Origin: Alphaproteobacteria bacterium
Lineage (GTDB): Bacteria > Pseudomonadota > Alphaproteobacteria > Micavibrionales > SZUA-601
Direction: 5' to 3'
Length of the DNA stretch: 64,000 bases
NCBI GenBank assembly: GCA_965246875.1
Contig: CBDFFU010000006.1
Location: forward strand, 353,938-417,937
The notes under the pieces are model-generated. The model saw only the letters and a list, made by a program, of their open reading frames with translations. It had not been told where the DNA came from and did no database searches. Positions 19,024 to 30,794 of this stretch are shown one piece after another; position 1 is the first letter of the stretch; every line of letters begins with the position of its first letter. The translations under genes were made by a program, and so were the position numbers.

Positions 19024-22000
19024 ATGTCCAATTCGCCCACACCCGACTTGCAGGATAATGCCGACATCTTTGAATCAAGTATGCCTGATTTGACCGCCAC
19101 GGCCAAAAATCCACCGTTGAAACTGCCGCAGTTGCGCGCGAATGACACGGTCGACACCACGACACCAGCGGCGAACGAGAACAACACATTGATGCTGTTG
19201 CAAAGCTGGCAGCGCGGCAAAAATGCGCTGGCTCATAGTTCAAAATCACATCTGCCAGCCATTATCATGTTTTGCGGCACGACCTTGTCAGCCATGTGGC
19301 TGGCAGCGGCGGCTGTCTATGTGCACAATGCTGTGGGCTGGCAGAATATCAAGACCTTGATGCCACATGAAATCGGCGGCTTTCTGGCGGGGTTGTTAGC
19401 ACCGGTAGCGTTGTTCTGGATGGTGCTGACTTTCTGGATGCGTTCTGTCGATGTCAAACTCTATGCCGAAGCCTTGCGCGACGAAATCCAGCGCATGATT
19501 TTTCCATCCGAAGAAGCCGAGCGTCGCGTGAATAACGATATCGATCGTTTGGTGAAACAGACAGCCGAAATGTCACGCGCCACACGCATCGCGTTGGGAA
19601 CCTTGCAACAGGCACGTCAGGCCGTGCAAGGTGAGACGATGGCTTTGGAAAAAAATGTCAGCGACGCGGCGACACGTTTGGAGCATCTGGAAGAACGTCT
19701 GGGCCATCGCAATCAATCGCTACAGGATCTGCATGGGCAAATGGATGCTAAATCGCAATCCTTTGCCACAACCGGCGAACAGTTGCTGAAAGACGCGACG
19801 GCGCTCGATGCCATCATCACGCAGACACACAGCAAAACCGCACAGATCGGTGAAACATTACAAGCGCCGATCGCGCAATTGCAACACTGGCAGAATGATA
19901 TTGTCGATGCCTTAAATGCAGGGCTGGCGCATTTGTCTGACAAGCAAAATCTGCTGCGCGCTGATGCTAATGATATTGAAGCAAAAGCACTACTGTTGGC
20001 CGACACGCTGCACACCAGCACCGGCAAATTATACGATTTTACTGATGATGCGCTGGACAAAGCCAAGTTGATTGAAACGCGCCTGCAAGGACAGGGCATC
20101 AGTCTGCAGGATACGCTGGAACAAATCGCAGCACAAACTGAAAGCCTCACAGCGCAACGCGATGCGTTATTAGTGACACTGCAACGCAGCACAGAACAAG
20201 GCCATGCCGATTTGACGGCGCATGTCGCCTTGCTGGATGAAACCGTGGCACAATTGCATGACACACGGAATACCGTTGCCGATAGCATGCAGAAAATGCT
20301 GCATGAAGCAGGCGATAGCTGGACGATCCAAGCTGACCGCTTTAACGCGACGATCCAGGCAGGGACAGCAAAAACGACCGAGCAACTGACAAGCAGCCAA
20401 ACGGAGTTGCAAGCTGGTTATACGATGTTGCAGCGTGATGTCGATTATCTGACACAAGCAGTTCAGAACCTGTTGGAAAAAGCCGGCGAAACCTGGCAAT
20501 CCCAAGCCGTCGATTTCAATGCCACGGTCCACAAAGACATCCAGCGCAATGTCGACACGCTGACGAAAACACAAATGGATTTGCAGCAAAGCTATACGCT
20601 GTTCCAATTCGATGTCGAAAATGCGACGCAAAAAACCGGCGATTTGTTGACAGGCATTCAGGAAAATTTACAAGCGGTTGCCGAGACCATTACGTCAAGC
20701 GTCACCCAACAACATGCGCAGACAGCTGAATTTGTCGATACATTGCTGGCGAAACACCAAAGCCAGACACGCACAGCAACAGCCGATTTATCGCGCTTGC
20801 AGCAAGACCTCAACGCCATGGCGGCGCAATTATCGGAGCGTGGCCAGATTTTAGGCCTGACCGGTGAGCAGACGGCGTCTGTTATGCAGTCGTTGTACGT
20901 TGCGTTAGAAGAGGGTATGGACAAAATCGCCCACACGACGATTTTGTTGCAACAAGGTTTGTCAGACGCACAAAATGCGTTTACACAACCGGTGCAAAAA
21001 CTGGAAGACGCTACACAACATGCACATGACAAAGCGCAGATGATCGGCAATATGCTGGATCAGCGTGTGGCTAATCTGTATGAACTGGGTGGTGCCTTGA
21101 CACATCAAGCAACGATGCTGGGCTCCGATCTGGTTACCAAATCGCAAATCCTGGAAAATGTTCTGGTGCGTTTGCAGGGCGATGCCAAAACATTGAATGC
21201 CGATATTCTGGTGCAAACCGAAAAACTGGATGATCAGGTGCGTGTCACGTTTGATCAGGTCAACAGCCTGTTGCCGCAAATTCAGGACATTCAGCAAAAC
21301 TTTGCCCAGACCAGCATGCATGCTGAAAAAGCACAAGTGACACTGACGCAATTGAATGACGCCGCCATTACGGGTGGGCAAAATATGCTGGCTTTGTCAG
21401 ATGATGTTGTCTCACGCGTTGCACAAAGTCTGACCAGCTATCAGGAACTGCCAAAGCAAATACCACACGCTGCACAATGCGGCTTTGCAACAGCATGACC
21501 ATGTGCAGACACGTTATCAAAACGATTTGCAAACTTTGCAAGATGGTTCTGCCGTTATGCAACAACACGCCGATCAAGCCGGCATCCGTTACAATGATTT
21601 GCTTACTGTTTTGCAGAGCCTTCAAGTCGAAGCCGAGCAAAGCCAAACCAAAGCGATAACGGCAACGGAGAAATTGCAGCAGACGCAAAATCTTTTTGCA
21701 TTGGCCCGGTGATCAAGTGCAGCAACAGACCGAAGCTGCGGCGCAACAAATGCGGATCGTCCAGCAAATTTTGGATGGTTCGGCGCAATCAACACTAAAA
21801 CCGTATTGATAACCTTAGCGCGGTTATGCAGCTGGCAGAACAACAATCGACGGCGTTGCAGAATAAAACGGAAACAGCTGACTACATTGACACAACAACA
21901 TGTCACGACTGTCGAGCAAGCGGCACAAACGTCTGGAACAAGAGACACACACAACGGAGCAAAGCTACACCGCCATTGCCGATGTCGATGCTTAAATTGC

Positions 22001-22551
22001 AGGGTTTGAACGCAATCATGGCGCAACAAACCGACCAGCTGCAACAGCAACATGAGACGATTGATGTAACGATTGCCACCGCCTTGCTGGGTTTGCAACA
22101 GCAAACCGATAAACTGGCAGCCACGGCCCAAGATGCCGGCAACCAGGCTGACGTTATTCAGCAGCAGGACAAAAAACTGCAGCGCGATTATTTTTTCAAT
22201 GCGACAAAATTCATCGTCGAAAGCTTGCATTCCTTGGCACTAGACTTTACGCGCATGCTGGACGGTGAATTGCCGGAGAAAACCTGGAAAGCGTATCAGC
22301 GCGGTGATACGTCCGTCTTTACCAAACGTCTGGTCTCGTTGCGCGATACGTTGAGCCATGATAAGATCCGCCAGAAATTTGCCGACGATGTGGAATTTCG
22401 CACCTATGTGCAGCGTTATCTGCGCCAGTTCGATGAGATTCACACCCATGCGAAACAACAGGATTACGGCGATTTGTTATCGGGTGTCTTCACCAGTTCG
22501 GATATCGGCCGCCTGTTTCAAATGCTGACCAGCATTCTGGACCGCAATTAA
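19024..22551 (+). pseudogene. TipN-like polar landmark protein (2 TM + long coiled coil), reading frame broken several times between about 21450 and 21995
   Basis: N-terminal TM pair (HEIGGFLAGLLAPVALFW), Q/T/L-rich coiled coil, C-terminal ESLHSLALD...W.AY..GD..VF..RL...FR.YV.RY...F...SSDIGR block; pieces lie in different frames; may be intact in vivo. Confidence 0.7.
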
Positions 22552-23570
22552 TCAGCAACCTTTTGGAACAGGTATAACGGTCGTTCCGCCAGCTGCACGA
22601 TCTTGCTTTCGCCGATCAGATAGTTCAAATGGGAATGCGTTTCGCCCATGGCGAACACATAGTCACGTGGCGACAAGTCCCGCGGGAACAGCACTTTCAA
22701 CAATTGCTGTAACGTCTTTGCTTCACCATCAAAACCGTTGAATAATTTATCCAGTCGGCCTTGATGATGGGTTCGATAAGTCGCCACCCGGTCATGAAAG
22801 CCATCAAACATCCGTCCATGACCCGGCAATAATGTGACATCGTTTGGCACATTGTCGGCAAACCATGCAATGCTGTCCAGATAATCCTTGAGCGGGTTGG
22901 TTTTGGTATCATACGGCCAGATGCTGATATTCGGTGTAATACGGGCTACGATATGATCGGCAGAGAGCAACAATTTATTTTTCGCATCATACAGCGTCAT
23001 CATTTCCGGTGCATGGCCGCGGCCGATCAACACGTCCCACTGCCGGTTGCCGATCTGAATAATGTCGTGTTCCTGTAAATGCACGAACGACGGCGGCACT
23101 TCGTCGCTGGTGCGCAAGAAACTGTTGCCGCGTTCAGTCAAAGTGGCAAACAAATCAGCCGGCGTATCGGCCGCGCGATAATACTCAGCAATCGTTTGGG
23201 TATAAGATGTCGTTTTATCCGTACTCAGCCAACGCCCCAGCAGCCATTCGGTTTGCGTCATATACAACGGACATTTGTAACGTTCACAAATATAACCCGC
23301 CTGACCGATGTGGTCGGGATGATAATGTGTCACGATCACACGGGTAATCGGTTTGCCGTCCAGATATTCGTTCAAGGCTTCGATCAGCACGGCGCGGCTG
23401 TCGGGCGTGTTATAGCCCGTATCCACCATGGCCCAGCCGTCGGTATCGCGCAGGAAATAGATATTGACCCACTCCAACGGCGGCGGCATTGGCAAACGCA
23501 GGCCGAGAATATCGTCTGCCACCTGAAACAGGCGGTCGCGTGTCGTTAACATGGGGGTTATTTCGGGCAT
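22548..23570 (-). CDS. Metallo-beta-lactamase fold hydrolase
   Basis: VDTG, THYHPDH, GHAPE, DH, LPGHG motifs. Confidence 0.92.
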   Translation of the reverse strand: MPEITPMLTTRDRLFQVADDILGLRLPMPPPLEWVNIYFLRDTDGWAMVDTGYNTPDSRAVLIEALNEYLDGKPITRVIVTHYHPDHIGQAGYICERYKCPLYMTQTEWLLGRWLSTDKTTSYTQTIAEYYRAADTPADLFATLTERGNSFLRTSDEVPPSFVHLQEHDIIQIGNRQWDVLIGRGHAPEMMTLYDAKNKLLLSADHIVARITPNISIWPYDTKTNPLKDYLDSIAWFADNVPNDVTLLPGHGRMFDGFHDRVATYRTHHQGRLDKLFNGFDGEAKTLQQLLKVLFPRDLSPRDYVFAMGETHSHLNYLIGESKIVQLAERPLYLFQKVAD

Positions 23571-23653
23571 GGTCTCAACCTTCACATCATTCTATATTAG
23601 ACTTTATCTTGTACCTTATAAGGTGACGCCCAAAGGTGAAAAAGGGATAAACG

Positions 23654-26600
23654 ATGAACGCTGATTTAAACGCCTTGCGCCAAGACATAAACCGGTTTTA
23701 CCGTCTGGATGAAACGGTCAAGGTCGATGCCCTGTTGACCCAGTTATCGCTGACAGACGCGGAACACGCAGCGATTGCCAAAGAAACTGTCACGTTGATT
23801 GACACGGTGCGGCGTCACCCGGGTGAACGCACGTTGCTGGAAGATTTCATGCAACGCTATGCCTTATCGACCGATGAAGGCATTGCCTTGATGGGGTTGG
23901 CAGAATCGCTCATGCGTATTCCCGATCATGCCACAGCCGATGCCTTGATTATCGACAAAATTACGCACGGCCATTGGGACGCCGCGCAACCTGTCGACAA
24001 TAAAATTCTGACGACATTATCCGGCTGGGGCCTGGCGGTGTCTGATTATGTTTTGCAGGCGTCTGATAACCATGTCTTTGGCTGCTTGGTCAAACGCATG
24101 GGAACACCATTGATCCGTCAGGCCGTGATGCAGGCGGTCAAATTATTGGGCGGGCAATTTGTGGCGGGACGTGACCTGCCGGAAGCGTTAGTCAACAGCA
24201 ATAAAGGCGATGCGAAAGACTATCTATTTTCGTTTGACATGCTGGGCGAAGGCGCCCGGACGGATTTAAAAGCCAAGGACTATTACAATCATTACATTCA
24301 TGCGATCGAGACATTGGGGACGGCGCAGGCAAACGACACACGCCCGCTGTTTGCCAAAGACGGCATTTCTGTCAAGTTATCCGCTTTGCATCCGCGGTAT
24401 GAAGAGGCGCAAAAAGATAATTGTCTGCCGGCCATGATCAAACGTGTCCGCGAACTGGCGAAACTGGCGAAGCAATATAATGTGTTATTGACGCTGGATG
24501 CCGAAGAAGCTGACCGGCTGGAACTGTCGCTGGATATTTTTGCCGCAGTCTTTACCCATGCAGATTTGCAGGATTTCAACGGGTTTGGCTTGGCGGTGCA
24601 GGCCTATCAAAAACGCTGCCAGCCGGCGCTGGATTGGCTCATCGCCTTGGCACATCAGCAACAGAAAATCATTCCGATCCGTTTGGTCAAAGGGGCTTAT
24701 TGGGACAGTGAGATCAAACGCGCACAGGAACGTGGGTTATCCGGTTATCCGGTTTACACGCGCAAAGTGAATACAGATGTGTCGTACTTGGTAGCCGCCG
24801 ACAAAATGCTGGCAGCAAACGATGCGATCTATGCCCAGTTTGCCACACACAATGCGCTGACAATTGCGCAAATCAAACATCTGGCGAACAAACATCACAA
24901 TACACACTATGAATTCCAACGGCTGCACGGCATGGGTGATCCATTGTATCACGCCCTATCCGCCAAAAATTTTCAGCAGGAGTTTGGCGCAGCACCACCC
25001 TGCCGCGTCTATGCACCGGTCGGGCATTATCAGGATTTATTGCCTTACTTAGTCAGACGTCTGCTGGAAAATGGCGCGAACAGTTCATTTGTCAATCACA
25101 TTTATGATCAACGTATCGCACCAGAAAGTTTGATACAAAATCCATTGACCATTGCGGCGCGGACGGCAGACAAATCCCATATGTCCATTCCGTTGCCGCA
25201 ATATCTGTTTCATGATCGTCTGAACAGCGTGTCATATGATTTGTCTGATCGTGATGATCAAAATCATTTGATCCAGATACTGGAATACTATAAGACACAC
25301 AACTGGATAGCTGGCGGTCAAACAGACAGCAAACAGATGCGCGCCATACACAACCCAGCTGACCCGGTGCATATCGTGGGCCATGTTAAAGATATCCTGC
25401 CGGATGAGATTGACGGCATGATGCACACATTGGCAACGGCGTTCCCGGCGTGGAATCATCGCCCGCTGGCAGAACGTGCTGTCATCCTAAATAAAATCGC
25501 TGATGCACTGGCAAAACATTGTGACGAACTGATTGCGATCTGTACTTATGAAGCCGGGAAAACCATTCCTGACGCCGTTGCAGAAGTTCGCGAGGCAATT
25601 GATTTCTGTCGTTATTACGCGGTGCAAGCAAGACAGACATTAAACCCGATCACATTACCCGGCCCGGCCGGCGAAACAAATATTTTGCGTCACGAAGGAC
25701 GCGGCGTTTGGATGTGTATCAGCCCCTGGAATTTTCCGCTGGCCATCTTCGTTGGGCAGGTTGTTGCAGCACTCGTTGCCGGCAATTGCGTTGCCGCTAA
25801 ACCGGCCCCGCAAACGTGTTTGATCGCGGCGCGCGCTGTCGCATTGATGCATGAGGCAGGTGTGCCACATAATGTGCTTCAAGTGATGACGGGTGGCAAC
25901 GATACAGGAGCTGCAATCACGGCACATCCGTCTGTTGCGGGCATTGCCTTTACCGGGTCGACGCAAACAGCCTGGCGCATTCAAAAAACACTGGCCGATA
26001 AACAAGGCCCGTTGATTCCATTTATCGCTGAAACCGGTGGTCAGAACGTCATGATTGTCGACAGCAGTGCCTTGCCCGAACAAGTGGTCGACGATATCAT
26101 CCGCAGTGGTTTTCAGTCTACCGGGCAACGTTGCTCGGCCTTGCGTGTTCTGTATATACAAGAAGAGATTGCACCTGCGGTTTTAAACATGCTGCGTGGT
26201 GCCATGGCGGAATTGCGCTTAGGCAACCCGGCGCATTTTTCGACCGATGTTGGGCCGGTGATCGATGAAGCTGCGAAACAACGATTGAATGCTCATTTGC
26301 ATGGCAGCGATATGCCAATGATGCAAGCCCACGCCGCTCCGGCCAATGGGTATTTTGTCACGCCAACAGTTCTCAATATAAAATCGATTGCTGATTTAGC
26401 AGCGGAACATTTCGGGCCGATCGTGCATGTCGTGCAATTCGCGAGTGACAAGAAAGACAAAATCATCCATGAGATCAATGCCTATGGCTATGGTTTGACG
26501 CTGGGTATTCACAGCCGCATTGAATCATTTATTGATCAGGTGGTACAACAAGCGCGTGTTGGTAATATTTACGTGAATCGTGGCATGACGGGTGCCGTAG

Positions 26601-26761
26601 TTGGCGTCCAGCCGTTTGGTGGCATGGGGTTATCGGGAACCGGACCAAAAGCCGGCGGCCCGCACTATTTGCAGCGTTTTACAACGGAAAAAACGGTGAC
26701 GATCAATACAACAGCCGTTGGCGGCAATACGGTGCTAGCGAATTTGGCAGATCTTTCATGA
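23654..26761 (+). CDS. putA: Bifunctional proline dehydrogenase / P5C dehydrogenase
   Basis: SFDMLGEGA, SVKLSALHPRY, RLVKGAYWD, YLVRRLLENGANSSF, FTGST, AETGG, GQRCSALR. Confidence 0.97.
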   Translation: MNADLNALRQDINRFYRLDETVKVDALLTQLSLTDAEHAAIAKETVTLIDTVRRHPGERTLLEDFMQRYALSTDEGIALMGLAESLMRIPDHATADALIIDKITHGHWDAAQPVDNKILTTLSGWGLAVSDYVLQASDNHVFGCLVKRMGTPLIRQAVMQAVKLLGGQFVAGRDLPEALVNSNKGDAKDYLFSFDMLGEGARTDLKAKDYYNHYIHAIETLGTAQANDTRPLFAKDGISVKLSALHPRYEEAQKDNCLPAMIKRVRELAKLAKQYNVLLTLDAEEADRLELSLDIFAAVFTHADLQDFNGFGLAVQAYQKRCQPALDWLIALAHQQQKIIPIRLVKGAYWDSEIKRAQERGLSGYPVYTRKVNTDVSYLVAADKMLAANDAIYAQFATHNALTIAQIKHLANKHHNTHYEFQRLHGMGDPLYHALSAKNFQQEFGAAPPCRVYAPVGHYQDLLPYLVRRLLENGANSSFVNHIYDQRIAPESLIQNPLTIAARTADKSHMSIPLPQYLFHDRLNSVSYDLSDRDDQNHLIQILEYYKTHNWIAGGQTDSKQMRAIHNPADPVHIVGHVKDILPDEIDGMMHTLATAFPAWNHRPLAERAVILNKIADALAKHCDELIAICTYEAGKTIPDAVAEVREAIDFCRYYAVQARQTLNPITLPGPAGETNILRHEGRGVWMCISPWNFPLAIFVGQVVAALVAGNCVAAKPAPQTCLIAARAVALMHEAGVPHNVLQVMTGGNDTGAAITAHPSVAGIAFTGSTQTAWRIQKTLADKQGPLIPFIAETGGQNVMIVDSSALPEQVVDDIIRSGFQSTGQRCSALRVLYIQEEIAPAVLNMLRGAMAELRLGNPAHFSTDVGPVIDEAAKQRLNAHLHGSDMPMMQAHAAPANGYFVTPTVLNIKSIADLAAEHFGPIVHVVQFASDKKDKIIHEINAYGYGLTLGIHSRIESFIDQVVQQARVGNIYVNRGMTGAVVGVQPFGGMGLSGTGPKAGGPHYLQRFTTEKTVTINTTAVGGNTVLANLADLS

Positions 26762-27696
26762 TAAAGTCTGCGTCACGAAAGATCCTGTCACTGATAACCG
26801 CCGGCTGCATTGTACTCCTCTTGACGGGTATTGCTTTATATTTATTAGCGCAGTCATTACTGGCACAAATTGTGACGACACAATTGCATCAAGCCGGTTT
26901 TTCAAACGCAAAAATTGATGATGTCCGCCTGTATGCTGATGGCATCGTGATCAAATCAATCCAGCTCAATGATCAAACACATCTGACGGGTATCTTCACG
27001 CCGCAATCAGCACCTGATATTGCCAAGCATGGTTTGAAAAATATTATTATCAAGCTATGGGATCAAACCCTATTGTCGCTTGATGATTTACCGACACACT
27101 GGCCGTTTGCACAACTTGAAACTCTGACTATTGAAACCATGAAGCTAAACATTGCTTTGCCCGTGCAAAATGTTGTCTTAACCGGTACTGTCAAATCATT
27201 GCGACCGGCACCAGCAAATATTGTGCTGGTCATGCCGTTCGATACGCAAGACGATGCGTATAATCTGCAAGGCAAGCTTGAACTGGTATTGGATCACGGC
27301 CAATTGATGTCACTGGATGTCAATTTGGACGAAGGTGGTTTTGCGTCATCAGACTTATCTTTAAAACGTATGACAGGCTGGCTGAACACACAATTTTCAG
27401 CCACGGCTGGGCCAGCGATGCAGGCACAATTTATGGCAGGTGCGGTCAATTATAACGGTGAAAGCTTCGCTGATGGCATGGTGCAATATAGCCGTGACAA
27501 CACAGATGCTGCGTTGTGGACAGTCAATTTAAATCGCGCTGCCGAGAACTATTTTAATACCTGGTCGATCAAGCCAACACGCGACAACCGTTTTGCAGTT
27601 CAAGTTGCAGCGCAACGCGGCGCGCAAAGCAAGTCGGCTGTCTTGATCAGCGCGGCACCACTGCGTCTGGAGCCACTACTGCCGGCGGTGCATTAA
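26758..27696 (+). CDS. Membrane-anchored beta-rich hypothetical protein (AsmA/YdbH N-terminal-like)
   Basis: ATGA overlap with putA; N-terminal TM then alternating beta-strand pattern; family assignment tentative. Confidence 0.6.
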   Translation: MIKSASRKILSLITAGCIVLLLTGIALYLLAQSLLAQIVTTQLHQAGFSNAKIDDVRLYADGIVIKSIQLNDQTHLTGIFTPQSAPDIAKHGLKNIIIKLWDQTLLSLDDLPTHWPFAQLETLTIETMKLNIALPVQNVVLTGTVKSLRPAPANIVLVMPFDTQDDAYNLQGKLELVLDHGQLMSLDVNLDEGGFASSDLSLKRMTGWLNTQFSATAGPAMQAQFMAGAVNYNGESFADGMVQYSRDNTDAALWTVNLNRAAENYFNTWSIKPTRDNRFAVQVAAQRGAQSKSAVLISAAPLRLEPLLPAVH

Positions 27697-28528
27697 CTGC
27701 TGGTGCCGCGGCCGGCACATTCATGTCAGGTGCCACATTGCCAGTAGGCATGACGGTCGTTGTCGTTGCTTTGACGGATGGCTGGTAATGGCCACGGTCG
27801 GCTTCCAGGTAATCACAGCTGTCGCTGGTCACCACAACAAAGGAACGCGGCCCTTCCGAGACTGAAAAACGATATTCTTTATCGTTACGAATAATCGTGT
27901 GATGAATCGGCAAAATGCCTTCTTTAATTTCCTGAATGCCGCCGGTCTGGGTAAAGGTCACTTTGACTTTTTTGCCGGCATCAAACCAAGCTTCTTTGGA
28001 TCCGGTTGAATTGATGCTGGCCTCACCATTGCCACTGACAGTGATGGCGCCTTCAGCAAACGTAATCTTACTCTCCGGTCCTTCATAAGCCGGCGTCGAC
28101 AAAATAAAACGTTTGCTTAAGGGTGCGCTGCAATTTTGTGGCGGGCGGGAGGCACGGATTAGCTGTGTGATCCGCTCAACGGTCATGCCTTTATCCAACT
28201 GCTCTTGCAGCAGATTGGTCAGCGTCAGCAAGTCGCCTTGCGGGATTTTACTTTGATAATTGGTATTCAATTGCTGCAGTTCGATCGCCAGGGTTTCATT
28301 GCGGCTGCGCAGTTCCGTCATGGCACTCTCGCTTTGCTCGGCACGCTGTTTGGTATCCTGCAATACGATTTTCATCTGCTGAATGGCCAATTTCTGCCGC
28401 TGCTGGCCTATCAGATACCCACATGCCAGCATGCCGGTTAACAATGCACAGATCATTAAAGTGCGCGTAAAGGATTCACGCGCGCGCTGACGGTAACGAT
28501 CTTGATGGCTGCGTAACGTAAATGACAT
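27647..28528 (-). CDS. Hypothetical protein, single TM + coiled coil + beta-rich domain
   Basis: 293 aa ORF 16 nt downstream of lptD; hydrophobic segment at residues 22-41 then heptads. Confidence 0.75.
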   Translation of the reverse strand: MSFTLRSHQDRYRQRARESFTRTLMICALLTGMLACGYLIGQQRQKLAIQQMKIVLQDTKQRAEQSESAMTELRSRNETLAIELQQLNTNYQSKIPQGDLLTLTNLLQEQLDKGMTVERITQLIRASRPPQNCSAPLSKRFILSTPAYEGPESKITFAEGAITVSGNGEASINSTGSKEAWFDAGKKVKVTFTQTGGIQEIKEGILPIHHTIIRNDKEYRFSVSEGPRSFVVVTSDSCDYLEADRGHYQPSVKATTTTVMPTGNVAPDMNVPAAAPAVNAPPAVVAPDAVVPR

Positions 28529-28544
28529 ACCTGTAATCTGATCC

Positions 28545-30782
28545 TTATAATTTTGGTCGTGTGCCGAATGGCCTGAACAAGGTATCGTCCTTGATCAATG
28601 GCGCATCATAGCCGCCCAGATTGCGCAGACCAATACTAAACGTTACTCTGCTGTCACCACCGCCAAGTGCCCGGTCTGTCAAATCACGCTCCCCGCGCAA
28701 GGTCAAACGTAAGCATTCATTGCGGTATTGCAATGCCAAGCCAGCATTCAACAAACCGGCATCACCGCTGAGATCATGGCGGGTATTGATGGCAGTCGAC
28801 CATTTTTCCGTCAACCGTTTCGCTAGGTTCAAGCCAACCTGTTCACGACTTTCATCTAAACCGGTTCCTTCAATGGCAGAAGCTGATAAATAGCTGATAC
28901 CGGCTTCATACGTCGGGCGTAAAACGGCCAGTTGCGCTTCCTGCCGTTCACTGGCGAAATTCGCATTATTCAACTGGAAACGGTAATCCAGATAAAATTT
29001 TTCCTGAAAGGTTGCCTCGATCTGTCCCACATAATCGGATCGGTTATCCTGCAGCCCCGATCCTTCAGGAAAAATAGAATTGTTGGTGAGACGATAACTT
29101 TGTCCCAAGGTGATAAATGCGCTGTTGTTGTCGCTGTAGCCACCAATTTTGACTCCGTAGGCGGCATGGTTGCCGCTTTCGACACGGTCCACACCAGGAA
29201 AACGCGAGTCGTCAAACAAATTGCTGGTGTCAATTTGAATGTCGCGGGAGTCTTCATTCGGAATCGTGCCGTTTTGGGAAATATTTGGCGATAAAGTCAA
29301 TGCGACTTTGGGCTCAATTAATGCCGTCACATTGCGCGATGGACGGACCATAGGATAAGATGAGGTTATCGTTGTGCTGGGGAACAGACGGGATACTGTT
29401 TGGTTAGGATCAGAACTTGCTGGATTGACCGGATCGTACGGTGAATTTTGCTGCACCCAATAAGTGTCGCTGCGCACCTTCGCTTCAACTGATGTTTTTA
29501 AGCCAATCGGGTTGATAATGTCATCGCGTTTCCAAGACGGGCTGAGTGACAAACGTGCCAAAGATGGTTCGGAATCGCGCAGCAAATTGACCAATTGCGA
29601 ATTGAAGCCCCAGCGTCCGCCTAGCAGAGCATTTGGATCGCCGTAACGCACATCTTCGACCCATGGCAGAATATCCGGCTGCTGCGTCGTGATGTTTGGG
29701 CGCAAATCTTGAAAATAATTCGCGCTGATCCGGCTGAAATTCCGGTTATCGTAGCGTTCGGCGAACACTTCGTTATTCAGCACATCTTCCTGGCTGTAAT
29801 CAAAATCTTTCAAATAGAAACGGTCGGATGCCCGACGGATATTGAAACCGGTCCGCCAGGTGTCAGTTAAACCGAAATCTCCCTCAGCAAATAAATGACC
29901 ACGAAACGCGTCTTCTTTGACAATGTCATTGTCGCTATTGCGTACCGGGCTGTCATTGGCACTGCCGCTAATCTTTAAACGGCCACGATCAAACCGCTGA
30001 CGCCATTGACCGCCGAGGATCGCGCCGTTTTTCTGGGTTGATGATACTTCAAGTGTCGCATCGCGATTAGGGTCAAGCGTGTAATAATAAGACCCGCGCA
30101 CCATCGTGCCGATTTTGCTGTCAGCGGAAAATGTTGGTTCCAGAAAACCGGAACGGGCAACAACTTGCGGTTCAGGATGCGAGAAATACGGCAGATAAAC
30201 AACAGGTACGCCATACGCTTCAAAGCGCGCATTGTGATAATAAATATCCTGCGCGACGCGTTCATCGACAACCTTGCTGGCGCGGATTTGCCACATCGGA
30301 GCTTTGCGCGGATCCTCCTTGCACAAATTACACGGGGAATACACAGCATTGCGCAACACGACGGTATTTGATGTCGGCTGTTCGACACTGCGTGCGGCAA
30401 AGCGGGATCCGTCGCTGAACATCAGCCCAATGTCATTCGCAAAACCCTGTTTTAAGGTGTTTTGCAATTCCATGTGTTTGGCGAAATACACCTGGCCTGT
30501 CTTGTCAACTAAACGAATATGACCGTTCGCTGTGACTTTGTCTTTGACCCGATCATAGGTGACTTGATCAGCTAAAACGATTTGTCCGTCTTGGTAAATC
30601 TCGACATGGCCATCAGCGGCAAAAATATCAGCTTGTTGATCGTAGGTCACGGTGTCCGACTTGAAACTGATAGGATTGTCGTTTGATGTGACGGTGGGCG
30701 CGGCGTGTGCAACAAGGGGTGCTAACGCCATCAGCACAGCCAGATAAAACGTAATTTTTGTTTGAGGGTAAAATCCGGCCAT
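28545..30782 (-). CDS. lptD: LPS-assembly outer membrane protein LptD
   Basis: Signal peptide, OstA-like domain, YSPCNLC...P.WQI.A, R.SGFL.P, IPNEDS, RF.G.DRVE.G, Y.NEC. Confidence 0.93.
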   Translation of the reverse strand: MAGFYPQTKITFYLAVLMALAPLVAHAAPTVTSNDNPISFKSDTVTYDQQADIFAADGHVEIYQDGQIVLADQVTYDRVKDKVTANGHIRLVDKTGQVYFAKHMELQNTLKQGFANDIGLMFSDGSRFAARSVEQPTSNTVVLRNAVYSPCNLCKEDPRKAPMWQIRASKVVDERVAQDIYYHNARFEAYGVPVVYLPYFSHPEPQVVARSGFLEPTFSADSKIGTMVRGSYYYTLDPNRDATLEVSSTQKNGAILGGQWRQRFDRGRLKISGSANDSPVRNSDNDIVKEDAFRGHLFAEGDFGLTDTWRTGFNIRRASDRFYLKDFDYSQEDVLNNEVFAERYDNRNFSRISANYFQDLRPNITTQQPDILPWVEDVRYGDPNALLGGRWGFNSQLVNLLRDSEPSLARLSLSPSWKRDDIINPIGLKTSVEAKVRSDTYWVQQNSPYDPVNPASSDPNQTVSRLFPSTTITSSYPMVRPSRNVTALIEPKVALTLSPNISQNGTIPNEDSRDIQIDTSNLFDDSRFPGVDRVESGNHAAYGVKIGGYSDNNSAFITLGQSYRLTNNSIFPEGSGLQDNRSDYVGQIEATFQEKFYLDYRFQLNNANFASERQEAQLAVLRPTYEAGISYLSASAIEGTGLDESREQVGLNLAKRLTEKWSTAINTRHDLSGDAGLLNAGLALQYRNECLRLTLRGERDLTDRALGGGDSRVTFSIGLRNLGGYDAPLIKDDTLFRPFGTRPKL

Positions 30783-30794
30783 GCAGTTTATTGC

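Noticed and set aside
21440-22000. Programmed ribosomal frameshifting in the TipN-like gene
   Set aside because: Too many shifts in both directions and no slippery-site/hairpin signature; error or decay is simpler
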